This document shows, piece after piece, positions 16,696 to 25,062 of a DNA stretch of 42,595 bases (the first letter of the stretch is position 1; every line of letters begins with the position of its first letter). Source of the stretch: a virus. Lineage: Duplodnaviria > Heunggongvirae > Uroviricota > Caudoviricetes. A program made the translations under genes and the position numbers. Where the stretch lies: IMG/VR virus record IMGVR_UViG_3300009285_002354, positions 64,001 to 106,595 of that record; one strand, 5' to 3'. The notes under the pieces were generated by a model, which was not told where the DNA came from, did no database searches, and saw nothing but the letters and a program-made list of their open reading frames with translations.

Positions 16696-17985
16696 TTACC
16701 CTGCGTTCATCAGCTCTCTCTTGAGCCAACTTGGAATTTGAAGCACTTCAGTCACAGCGGGTTCAGGTCTTGACCCTACGTAGTATCGAACTGCGTCCAA
16801 AGCATGGTCGCGAAACTTCAAAGGCTCATCCAGGACGTCGCCGCCCTTGGACTGGCGCCACTTGTATTGCCCGATCTCTTCGATGAGATTGACGGACTCC
16901 GCATGGATATGAATCCGGTGTCGCTTCACCCGATCGATGCCAGTTCTCACGAATGATGCGTTGCCCTGCCCCCCGCTCTTCACACAGGGATAGACGTTCC
17001 AGCCGGCGGCGGCGATTTCATCGATATAAGCCGGCTCGGCACTGTCCGCTACGATCATATCGTTTCTGGTGATCCCAATTCCAGGGAGCTTGTCGATCAG
17101 GTCCTGGTTGTGCAGATGCGTTTCGTAGATCACCTCTCGCAGGTACAGGTCTGTTTCGTCCTTGACTCCGCACCATACCATGGCGGTCGGATTCGCGTAC
17201 CCGAAGTCCAGCCCGTACCCGTAGTCGTCGATCTCAGGGAACGTCTCCACGACGTCATAGTTGTCATAGATGATGTTGGTGGGCGTAGCCCATTCGCCCA
17301 GGCGGTAAATCTTGTTGTACTCAGCGTCGGAATCCACCAAACCTTCAATCGTGGCCCGCTCCTCCGGCGCCAGGAAGGGATTGTCCTTGTAGGTGAGCAT
17401 CAGGACACGGATCGGACGCTGGAGATAGGTTCCTTCCGGCGCCAGTTTGGTCATGTCCCGCAGCCACTGGTTTCGAATCGGGTCAACTGGGTTGAACGTC
17501 AGGAAGATGCAGTTGTTCTCATGTGGATTTTTACCGCGGCATCGAATATGGAGCTGCCAGAGATCGTGCTCCTGAATCTCCGTCGCCTCCTCAATCCAGA
17601 CGTAGTTGATACCCTCAATCGACTTGAGCTTCTCGGGATCATCAAGCCCCACGAACTGCATGAACGAGCCGTTGGGGGCCCAGATCATACGGCTGGTGTT
17701 GTTCACCCGGCACTTGCGCAGCAGATCCAGTTCCGAAAGCCAGTGAATCATCAGCCGCCAGCAGCTTATCGCCACAGACGGTTGCGTCTTGCGAACAATC
17801 AAGATGCCCACCCCAGGCAGTTTCCAGAACTTCTCGACGGCCAGATACATCGCCATCGACCAGCTCTTGGCACTGGATGCGCCACCATAGAGCACGTGGA
17901 AGCGTGCCTTCTGACTCTCCGACAGCCAGCGGTAGGCCCGCTTAGCTACTCGGAGGCGAATCTCTTGTGGGATCTGCGTCACCAT
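16696..17985 (-). CDS. Terminase large subunit, PBSX family
   Basis: YGGASSAKS Walker A, WIEEATE Walker B, TFNP, GLDFGY and DHALDAVRY nuclease motifs. Confidence 0.95.
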   Translation of the reverse strand: MVTQIPQEIRLRVAKRAYRWLSESQKARFHVLYGGASSAKSWSMAMYLAVEKFWKLPGVGILIVRKTQPSVAISCWRLMIHWLSELDLLRKCRVNNTSRMIWAPNGSFMQFVGLDDPEKLKSIEGINYVWIEEATEIQEHDLWQLHIRCRGKNPHENNCIFLTFNPVDPIRNQWLRDMTKLAPEGTYLQRPIRVLMLTYKDNPFLAPEERATIEGLVDSDAEYNKIYRLGEWATPTNIIYDNYDVVETFPEIDDYGYGLDFGYANPTAMVWCGVKDETDLYLREVIYETHLHNQDLIDKLPGIGITRNDMIVADSAEPAYIDEIAAAGWNVYPCVKSGGQGNASFVRTGIDRVKRHRIHIHAESVNLIEEIGQYKWRQSKGGDVLDEPLKFRDHALDAVRYYVGSRPEPAVTEVLQIPSWLKRELMNAG

Positions 17986-18394
17986 CTACCAACTCGATTA
18001 CGATCTTCTGCTGTGTGATTTCCCCAGGCTCGCCGGCTGCTTCGCGCTCAATCTTCACACCCATCTGGTAGGCACTGATCGCGTTCTGGACCGTGTCGAT
18101 TCCAGTCTCTCTGACAAGTTCCAGTGCTTTCCCTTGAAAGAATTTGGCCCCCATGATGTGTCTCGCCCGCCGGTCGGCTGCGTCAGTGTCCGCCTTCTTG
18201 TTGGCTTTCTCCTTGATCTTGGCCAGTCGATCATCCCAGTTGTCGATCTCGCGGTATCTGGCAGCAGTGACCCATTGGACTCCGCACTTTGTTCGGACGT
18301 ATTCCGTACTCGGCTTCTCCTGCCAAGCAGTGAACATATCCTCGCGTTTCTGGTCCGTGATTCTGGGTGCTCGTTTTTGCTTCGCTTTTGCCAT
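17942..18394 (-). CDS. Terminase small subunit
   Basis: N-terminal HTH-like region, helical core, overlaps the TerL start. Confidence 0.7.
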   Translation of the reverse strand: MAKAKQKRAPRITDQKREDMFTAWQEKPSTEYVRTKCGVQWVTAARYREIDNWDDRLAKIKEKANKKADTDAADRRARHIMGAKFFQGKALELVRETGIDTVQNAISAYQMGVKIEREAAGEPGEITQQKIVIELVDGDADPTRDSPPSS

Positions 18395-18405
18395 AAGCTC
18401 AATAT

Positions 18406-18567
18406 CTACCGTGAGTTAGTGTGTCGTTTTTGCATTTCTACCACGCAGGTCGGGCTGGGAGTCCAAAGATATTCTATCGCCTTGTCCTGCAAGAGTTTAG
18501 CCATCGCGATATGCCTCGCCCTCATTTCTGCTGGTTCGATCTTGGCGTGGTTCTGCATTTTCTGCAT
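18406..18567 (-). pseudogene. TerS-like fragment (53 aa)
   Basis: EMRARHIAMAKLLQDKAIEYL resembles DRRARHIMGAKFFQGKALELV in the adjacent TerS. Confidence 0.6.
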
Positions 18568-18578
18568 TTTCACACCCC

Positions 18579-19790
18579 TCAACTAGGAAAAGTGGCGATA
18601 GCTTGCTGACAATCCACACTGCGGTCGCGATCGATATAACGATCAACAGTGATTCTGACATCGGCATGCCGCAGTCGCTTCTGTATCTCTACTGGATGAA
18701 CACCACGATTTAGCAGCATGGTGCCGAGTTGTGTACGCAATGCATGAAAATCGAAATAGTAGTTGCTGCTCAAACAATACGGGATGCCAGCAGTTTCCAA
18801 GTCAGCTTCGATCATTTCTGAGGTTCTTCCTGTCAATTTGGAATTACCACCGAAGACCCTATCCCGCAGTCCCCTCCCTCCACAAAGGGTTTTTAGTTTC
18901 TCCACAGCATCGGGCCGGATAGTTACAGTGTCCTCCTCTCTATGCTTACTCTCCATTGGGCCTACCGTGACTGTGAAGGCATCAAAATTGAACGAGGAAA
19001 CGGTCAATGTGCGAAGTTCGTTGGCCCTCAGACCAGTCTCCAAGGCGAACTGATAGAGATCAGCCCGTTGAGGACCGGTCATCCCAAATCTCTTTGGTCC
19101 ACTCCGCGTAACTCGTAGGAGCCTCGTCCACTCCTCATCGGCCAAGGCTCTTCTGTGCCTGCGACGATCGGATTCAGCATCAAATCTATTCAATGCCTCC
19201 ACGGGAGACATCGTGGCATATCCCTCAGAGGCAAACCAACTGCAGAACTGCTTTATCGCAGCCAAATATGCATTCAATGTCTGCGCAGACAGCCCTTGCT
19301 TTCTCAAGTCTTCAAGGCATGCTGAGATCTTGTCCGCTGCAATATCTGACCACACTGTGAGTTCACAACTACCCATGATCTTCTTAAGTTGTGCCATCAC
19401 GCCGTGTATCTGCTTCGGCGTATCACCTTTTTGCAGCAAGAATTGGTGAAATCCATTCAGATGATCGCGCAGGGTCCTCTTGTCCGCTATCTGTGCTTTA
19501 TCCACAAGACCAACATCCTGCAGTCGAGAGAATAATTTGGCTGGGATGCGATCAAGCCAACCCCTCAATAATGGATCAAGTTCAAGACCGAGTTTTCTGC
19601 AATCCCGAAGTTTGACAATCCATTGACCGAATTCCCTTGTCTGGCTTTCGTCCCGCGTACCAGCAAAACGCCTGACGTTGCCCGTGTGGTCCCGAATCTC
19701 AATCCAGAAGACACTCACCGATCGCTTGCTACCACGTCCATCGGTGTAGCATGGCCGAAATACACGAAATGGCTTCTTCTGATCGGTCAT
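18579..19790 (-). CDS. int: Tyrosine recombinase/integrase
   Basis: TGLRANE, SKH, FHALR, LRHAD and terminal DRY catalytic motifs. Confidence 0.92.
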   Translation of the reverse strand: MTDQKKPFRVFRPCYTDGRGSKRSVSVFWIEIRDHTGNVRRFAGTRDESQTREFGQWIVKLRDCRKLGLELDPLLRGWLDRIPAKLFSRLQDVGLVDKAQIADKRTLRDHLNGFHQFLLQKGDTPKQIHGVMAQLKKIMGSCELTVWSDIAADKISACLEDLRKQGLSAQTLNAYLAAIKQFCSWFASEGYATMSPVEALNRFDAESDRRRHRRALADEEWTRLLRVTRSGPKRFGMTGPQRADLYQFALETGLRANELRTLTVSSFNFDAFTVTVGPMESKHREEDTVTIRPDAVEKLKTLCGGRGLRDRVFGGNSKLTGRTSEMIEADLETAGIPYCLSSNYYFDFHALRTQLGTMLLNRGVHPVEIQKRLRHADVRITVDRYIDRDRSVDCQQAIATFPS

Positions 19791-19918
19791 TTGTTTCTCC
19801 GTGCCCCCCGGGTGTCGTCGTATTCGTCCTGAGTCTCAGGAGTGTCTATCAGTAGAGATAAGTATCGGCGGCACAAGCCTTTGCATTTCCGGCAGGGAGA
19901 TTTACGATTCTTGCTCAT
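19787..19918 (-). pseudogene. YkgJ-family N-terminal stub coupled between sigma factor and integrase
   Basis: CRKCKGLCRRYLSLLIDTPETQDEYDD resembles the start of YkgJ proteins; ATGA overlaps at both ends. Confidence 0.5.
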
Positions 19919-20439
19919 GCCGTCATCCCCAACTGCTCCTGTTGTCCGCCGAACTTCCCCCGAAGCCATGCGAGAATGCTCTTGTGCATCTGCGACACCC
20001 TCGACTCCGTGATTCCGATCACGCGGCCCGTTTCTCTCGTGCTAAGCCCGGCTCTGTACAGCAGGTTGATTGTGAGCTTCTGCCGTCGCGAAAGACCTTG
20101 CAGGATCACGTCCCACCAGTCCTTGTTGCTCAGTGTCTGGGGCACAGCGAGTATCTCTTGCATGGGCTCCCAGTCATCCACGAAGGTCAACAGAATGGGA
20201 TGTGAACGCCCCCGCTGCTTCCTGATATGGTCGTGGATGGCTCCCCTGATTCGTGGCGTGGCATACGTCATAAGGGCATGCCTCCCGTCCCACCGATCCA
20301 CAGCTTCAGCCAGCCCGACAAGGCCTGCCGAAATGTACTCTTCCCGTTTGGATCGATGCCGGGTGAGGCGACTGGCGACAACCTCGACAGTACGAAGGCC
20401 AGCGGCAAGGGCCTGATCCGATGGGATAGGCTTTTTCAT
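19915..20439 (-). CDS. sigma70-family factor, FliA/WhiG-like regions 2 and 4
   Basis: SAGLVGLAEAVDRWD..TYATPRIRGAIHDHIR (region 2) and LSTRETGRVIGITESRVSQMH (region 4). Confidence 0.9.
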   Translation of the reverse strand: MKKPIPSDQALAAGLRTVEVVASRLTRHRSKREEYISAGLVGLAEAVDRWDGRHALMTYATPRIRGAIHDHIRKQRGRSHPILLTFVDDWEPMQEILAVPQTLSNKDWWDVILQGLSRRQKLTINLLYRAGLSTRETGRVIGITESRVSQMHKSILAWLRGKFGGQQEQLGMTA

Positions 20440-20621
20440 TCGGCCCCCTCCACGTACTTCACCACCCTCACGAATACCTGATACCCTCTCTGCTGACCGG
20501 GCCTGCCTCGCACCAGGAACCCAGCCTCCTCTTCTGTTTCGATCTTCTCATCATTCTTTTCCATCGTCTTGCGGGCCCGCTCGAAGGCCCTGAGAATTGA
20601 GTTTGCGCTAGCGGTTTCCAA
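20436..20621 (-). CDS. Hypothetical protein
   Basis: TTG start after AGGA; ATGA-coupled to the sigma gene. Confidence 0.45.
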   Translation of the reverse strand: METASANSILRAFERARKTMEKNDEKIETEEEAGFLVRGRPGQQRGYQVFVRVVKYVEGAE

Positions 20622-20734
20622 GTTCCTACCCTTTCAAGGATGGCGACTCAGGCAGCTCTACCTCCACCCGATTCCGGCAGACGGCCACAAGGAGGTTTTC
20701 GGCACCGGCATCGCCGATCCCAGTCCCAAGGCAA

Positions 20735-21079
20735 TCAAGGTGTGCGAATGCTGGTCAAAACCTCATCGATCCGCTTGCACGCCTCTACCCCTGCACCTTG
20801 CTCGATGTAACCCTTTGCCGATTCCAGCTTCTGCAGTAGTGACCCATCTTCAATCGGCCCGAAGTGATACCAGTAGGCGAAGTCACCACCCAGATCGTCC
20901 AGGGGATTCGGCGTCGCCGCGGTCTTTTCCCTCAGAGGAAGGACCCCATGATCCCAGATCCATCGCCGGCTTTTCAGGGCGTGGACTCTCGGATCGTACT
21001 TGTTCTTGAACGCCTTGGCGCCGACCTTCATCGCCCAGCCGATCAATAGTGGGAATAGCCATCTTGCTAAGACCTGCAT
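20735..21079 (-). CDS. Hypothetical protein with hydrophobic N-terminus
   Basis: GAAGGAG RBS. Confidence 0.6.
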   Translation of the reverse strand: MQVLARWLFPLLIGWAMKVGAKAFKNKYDPRVHALKSRRWIWDHGVLPLREKTAATPNPLDDLGGDFAYWYHFGPIEDGSLLQKLESAKGYIEQGAGVEACKRIDEVLTSIRTP

Positions 21080-21092
21080 GATGTCGCTCCTT

Positions 21093-21129
21093 CAAAAGTG
21101 GGCGGGCCGGGGGTTTGAACCGACCCGCC
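21093..21129 (-). terminator. GC-rich hairpin with short U tract
   Basis: GGCGGGTCGG/CCGGCCCGCC stem then CACTTTT on the minus strand. Confidence 0.5.
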
Positions 21130-21168
21130 TCCCGGAAAGCAAAGACCCAGCGTGCGCTGGGCTGTCAG

Positions 21169-21672
21169 TCAGTGCCGGTATATGGCGCCGAAGGTCGTCA
21201 GAACGCCCTCATCCAAGTCCTCTGCGCTACCCTCCGGCGTGGAGCGTTCGACGGCTACGTAGGGGTGAACTGGCGATTTCAGTAGAAATTCCGTCCTGAT
21301 ACCCGGCAAGAACAGGAAGTCGGCATCGCGAGTCTCCCACAAGAAGGCCAGCGTGCCATAGACCTTCACGGGGGCATTCTGCAGCGATCCCCAGTCACCC
21401 GGCACGATATGATCCGCGACCGCCAGGGCAATATCGCTCAGTGCAAATTCCAACGCAGGCCCGACTGCTACGTTCGACTCCGTGTCCTCAGGGATCACCG
21501 AATCAGTCATCACGCGCACCCCAATCCCGCCGTTCGGGTCCGGGCTGTACATCACCGCGAGTTGCGAGGTTTCGTAGTTGCTGCCCCCCGATACCGCCCA
21601 TTCGCCCGTCTGGCAGCCCGCCAGAAGCACAATGAGACCCATCGCGATGAACATGAGAATTGACTTTGCCAT
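21169..21672 (-). CDS. Lipoprotein
   Basis: MAKSILMFIAMGLIVLLAGC lipobox; AAAGGAG RBS; beta-strand-rich body. Confidence 0.75.
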   Translation of the reverse strand: MAKSILMFIAMGLIVLLAGCQTGEWAVSGGSNYETSQLAVMYSPDPNGGIGVRVMTDSVIPEDTESNVAVGPALEFALSDIALAVADHIVPGDWGSLQNAPVKVYGTLAFLWETRDADFLFLPGIRTEFLLKSPVHPYVAVERSTPEGSAEDLDEGVLTTFGAIYRH

Positions 21673-21721
21673 GACTTGACTCCTTTCAAAAAGGGGTAGT
21701 GTCCTATTTTCTTCTTTTTTC

Positions 21722-21913
21722 TTGACCGTTCCCAAAGACCTTTCGGTCTGTATCCATAAATGCACTCACTGCGGCCTTGTACTTGGCCGTGACGAAAATG
21801 CGGCACGGAACATTCTGAACCGCGCCCTTCAAGCAGCACCCGGCCCCGGTAGGGAGATCGGTAACGCTCGCGGAGCGCCGATAAGCCCCGTTGCGGTTTC
21901 CGCAGCGGGCTGA
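21722..21913 (+). pseudogene. tnpB: tnpB C-terminal remnant
   Basis: KDLSVCIHKCTHCGLVLGRDENAARNIL = second Zn-ribbon CxxC plus RuvC-III D-x-N-A-A-x-N-I motif. Confidence 0.88.
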
Positions 21914-21945
21914 CGTGTTGAAACGAGAAGTCCTCATTTTAGGAC
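21856..21945 (+). ncRNA. Putative omega-RNA (reRNA)-like scaffold
   Basis: Stems ATCGG/CCGAT enclosing CGCTC/GAGCG, hairpin 21885-21910, terminal GTCCT/AGGAC hairpin; overlaps the tnpB 3' end as TnpB RNAs do. Confidence 0.5.
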
Positions 21946-22039
21946 ACTACCCAAAAAGGTATCCTACGGTTGACTATGCTTTAGTAGTAGCCGCCGTCAA
22001 GAGTAAAGTCAACAATAAGAGCAAACAAAATTCGCGCGA

Positions 22040-23101
22040 TCAGATTCCGACGTACTGGTAGCTCGCGAGAATGACCCCGCTCCTGGCCTTGAATTTCCCA
22101 CTGGAATGCTGCGACGATCCATTTCCGTAAAAACCGCTGCATCGCCAGCGAGAGTCGTGTTTTAGCCCCTTGATGATCGCTGGGTGACTCGATGTGATAC
22201 TCAATTTCAGCCCCTGCGCCTTGAGATAATCTCCCATCATTCCCAGTGTCGCCCTGCCTATCCCCACTCCCTGATATTCCGGCAGTACGACGATTCGATG
22301 CACCCGCCGGCAGCCCTTGAATCCGTACAGTGGCATCAGGGCGCAGAATGCGACGAGCTCCGAACCCCAGAAACACCCGTAAGACTGCGCCCCTAGCGCC
22401 AGGGCTGCGTTCAGATAGTGATGCTTCGCAAACATTCGCCACGCTTCGCGCGCAATGCCTCTAAGCTCAAGATTGATTTCGGGTCGCCGAAGATGCCTCC
22501 GCACAAAGGTGTCATCCTTCAAATCCAGTATCCAGTCCGGTTCCAGCCACTCCACAATATCGTAATGACAGGAGAGTGCAATCATCTGGCCCCCGCGGCG
22601 CCGAATCGTCTTGCTCACCGCGGCCGATCCGATCTTCGCCACTGTGCGATCGACCACCGATGTGAACTCGTCCACGACGAGCAGCCCCTCGACCTCTATC
22701 ATCGCCCTGGCAAGCTCAGCACGGAACTTCTCTCCGTTACTCAGAACATTGAAGGGCTTGCACCAGCTCGGAGGGCTCGAAAATCCAACTGAGGACAACA
22801 CCTCAATAATCTCTTGAATCGGCACGCCGGACCGGAACCCTTCCACCACTGCTTTGTTCTTCGGCCAGTCGAAGCCCACATGAATCCGATCCCCGAATAT
22901 CTTCCTGGCAATCGTGCTCTTGCCGGATCCACTCGGGCCCACGATTAGCCCCACATTCCACTGCCACCCCTCAATCGGAAGTTGTAGCTTCCATTCGTGC
23001 CTCAGTTTGTCCTTCAGAGGCAGATCGAACATGCCCTTGATCTGGGCCACGCGGAATGTCTCTATGATGGGAGAATCCACTACAACGTCAACAATCGGCA
23101 T
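22040..23101 (-). CDS. ABC-type ATPase fused to GNAT acetyltransferase
   Basis: GPSGSGKS, LSNGE signature, VVDEF Walker B, SCH H-loop; RIVVLPEYQGVGIG acetyl-CoA motif. Confidence 0.88.
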   Translation of the reverse strand: MPIVDVVVDSPIIETFRVAQIKGMFDLPLKDKLRHEWKLQLPIEGWQWNVGLIVGPSGSGKSTIARKIFGDRIHVGFDWPKNKAVVEGFRSGVPIQEIIEVLSSVGFSSPPSWCKPFNVLSNGEKFRAELARAMIEVEGLLVVDEFTSVVDRTVAKIGSAAVSKTIRRRGGQMIALSCHYDIVEWLEPDWILDLKDDTFVRRHLRRPEINLELRGIAREAWRMFAKHHYLNAALALGAQSYGCFWGSELVAFCALMPLYGFKGCRRVHRIVVLPEYQGVGIGRATLGMMGDYLKAQGLKLSITSSHPAIIKGLKHDSRWRCSGFYGNGSSQHSSGKFKARSGVILASYQYVGI

Positions 23102-23688
23102 TTCAGTCCTTCCCCCTGAAATCGCTCGAAGAGCGTCTGCTGCTGTGCCTCGTCCTCACACTCGATGATGATGCTGTGCTGCTGCTCCGGGATCTGTATA
23201 TTCGCCTCGGATGCCGGCTCCTCATCCTGTAGGAACGCCTTTTCAAAGAGCTTCCAGTTGAAGTCCGGCAGGTCCAGGGTCGTCAGATCGAGCGACTCCG
23301 CGGAATGGATGAACTCGTACAACCCGTCCTCGCTGAGTTTGCCATACTGGGAGACATAGCCCAACAGTCTGTCCTTCGCATCGTTCAGACTCGTCGCTTT
23401 GATGTCACAGACAGGGATTTTGCCGTTCGGTAGTTTCCACCCCTTCTTGACCATCTCTCGCAGGACGCGCACTCTCTGCGTCCCATCAAGGATTTTGTCC
23501 CCCCAGACAAAGATAGGAGCATCAAAGCCCTTCTCCTCAATTCGCTTGCGGAGTTTTCCGTAGTTCTGCTCGCTTAGTTCCTTGAGATCGTCCTGAATGA
23601 TCTCAAGTCCATCAAGCCGGGCCGTGCGTGAGCCTTTGCAGGCGATGCGAATTTGCTTTGCTTTCGCGCTCACGCGGGATTTCGACAT
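23080..23688 (-). CDS. ParB/sulfiredoxin-like N-terminal domain protein
   Basis: IEEKGFDAPIFVW..ILDGTQRV motif; start taken at MSKSRV. Confidence 0.75.
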   Translation of the reverse strand: MSKSRVSAKAKQIRIACKGSRTARLDGLEIIQDDLKELSEQNYGKLRKRIEEKGFDAPIFVWGDKILDGTQRVRVLREMVKKGWKLPNGKIPVCDIKATSLNDAKDRLLGYVSQYGKLSEDGLYEFIHSAESLDLTTLDLPDFNWKLFEKAFLQDEEPASEANIQIPEQQHSIIIECEDEAQQQTLFERFQGEGLKCRLLTL

Positions 23689-23789
23689 AAGTATTGCTTT
23701 CAAGCTATACGACAGACTACGCAGGCGTAGTATATCTCGCTCCGGCAATGATGCAAAGGAAAATCTCCATTTCGGACGTGCCCCCCTCA

Positions 23790-24152
23790 TCAAAGAATCA
23801 ATCGATCATCAATCTCAAAGAACATCAGCCGGCCGGGCAGTCTGACGAACCTACATGGTCTCGGGTTCCGCAACACATGGCCGAACGGTCCCGAGAACCA
23901 GGGCGAGGACGATTCTTCCACCGTCCCGCAATGCTCCACCGTCCCGACGATCCCGCCGTAGTCGAATTGCTCGGGCATCTTGATCTGAGGGAAGTTCGCT
24001 TGAACGCACTCGTATCCTTCCCGATCGAAGGTTCTAGCTGCATGGATTGCGATGCGGCCTTGGGGCGTAGATCGCCAGACTCGATTCTCCATAGGCTTGA
24101 AGCCGTGGACAATCAGCCAGGCCCAGGGCTGGCGCACGCTCAATGCCTTCAT
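23790..24152 (-). CDS. ASCH domain protein
   Basis: MKALSVRQPWAWLIVHGFKPMENR..IAIHA. Confidence 0.9.
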   Translation of the reverse strand: MKALSVRQPWAWLIVHGFKPMENRVWRSTPQGRIAIHAARTFDREGYECVQANFPQIKMPEQFDYGGIVGTVEHCGTVEESSSPWFSGPFGHVLRNPRPCRFVRLPGRLMFFEIDDRLIL

Positions 24153-24163
24153 GCTATTCTCCT

Positions 24164-24511
24164 TCATATTGCGATTCCCAGTCTAGCTGAGATTCGCTCG
24201 GCCATCTGCATTGCCGACAGCTTCGCAGCTTTCGGATTGACTCTCGGGCATTGAAGCTCCGGGATTTCCCCGAAGGCTCTACACACATAGGGTCTATCAT
24301 CGTAGATGACGCACACCTGATCATGCCTCGACAAGAAGGGGCACATGCCATCATTAGTGAGCGGCATCGTGTACTCTTCGTCGATAAGCATGTACCCACA
24401 GGGAACCTGGAGCCGATCTGCGTACCGCTCAAAGAGTTCTGTCGGCAAAGGATAGGCCCCACAGCAGGAGTCGGTGCAGCCTCGGCAGATCGCCGACCAA
24501 TCACGCTTCAT
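24164..24511 (-). CDS. YkgJ family Cys-cluster protein
   Basis: CRGCTDSCC..DGMCPFL..CVIYDDRPYVCRAF complete motif set. Confidence 0.85.
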   Translation of the reverse strand: MKRDWSAICRGCTDSCCGAYPLPTELFERYADRLQVPCGYMLIDEEYTMPLTNDGMCPFLSRHDQVCVIYDDRPYVCRAFGEIPELQCPRVNPKAAKLSAMQMAERISARLGIAI

Positions 24512-25062
24512 GGAGACTCCTTTCTCTCTACTTGGATCAGCCAGCACCAGGGATTGTTGCCGCGCGGCAGATTCGGGTAGAGGAATTCCCAATAGCTCTG
24601 CCAGATGTCCTCGATGCACTCGCAGGATGAGGCCCATGAAGCCCAGGTGGGCGGGGCACCCTGTACGTGGTCCCAATAGGCGAACATGGCCCCTTCGTCC
24701 GAGGGACTCCCACCTTCGGCATAGTCCCAACCGAAGGCATCCAGGCCAGCGGCCAGCATCTCCTCCGGTGTCAGATCATCGAGTTGCTTGCACTCCACGG
24801 ATTTGCAGAGTAGTCGGTCATGCTTACCCTTCAAGATGATTTGGCGGTGCGGCTTGAAGGGACGGCGCGGATCGTTCGCAAGTGGGCAAGGCTCATTCAG
24901 CGACCACGGCACCGGTCCATAGGGCGGCCCATCATCCGTATACCATGCCCAAGCTCTATCATCATGGATGGGCTGGGGCTCGACGGGGATCACCAATACC
25001 GTGATCATTCCATCATATAGGGCCGCGGCCTCCTGGTCAGTCTTTGCGATGTAAGTCTTCAT
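24508..25062 (-). CDS. ASCH/PUA-like phage protein
   Basis: VECKQLDDLTPEEMLAAG and W..L...NNPWCWLI motifs. Confidence 0.6.
   Translation of the reverse strand: MKTYIAKTDQEAAALYDGMITVLVIPVEPQPIHDDRAWAWYTDDGPPYGPVPWSLNEPCPLANDPRRPFKPHRQIILKGKHDRLLCKSVECKQLDDLTPEEMLAAGLDAFGWDYAEGGSPSDEGAMFAYWDHVQGAPPTWASWASSCECIEDIWQSYWEFLYPNLPRGNNPWCWLIQVERKESP

Larger units (their letters stand above)
21695..21951 (+). mobile_element. 257-bp non-autonomous element with 12-bp TIRs and 8-bp target duplication, carrying the tnpB 3' end
   Basis: GGTAGTGTCCTA (21695-21706) / TAGGACACTACC (21940-21951); flanking direct repeat CAAAAAGG at 21687-21694 and 21952-21959. Confidence 0.85.

Noticed and set aside
17850-17900. 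Deviant Walker A GGASSAKS in TerL
   Set aside because: AKS-type variants are ordinary in PBSX-family terminases.
18551-18570. TCTGCATTT tandem repeat as att or pac arm site
   Set aside because: Explained by MQK-MQN codons at the start of the TerS-like fragment.
20642-20715. Nested GGCGAT/GTCGCC and ACCTCC/GGAGGT stems as a riboswitch
   Set aside because: Short 6-bp stems in GC-rich DNA and no match to any aptamer I recognise.
21099-21129. tRNA-like GGTTCAAACCC loop
   Set aside because: No 5-bp T-stem or cloverleaf can be formed; explained as a terminator-like hairpin.
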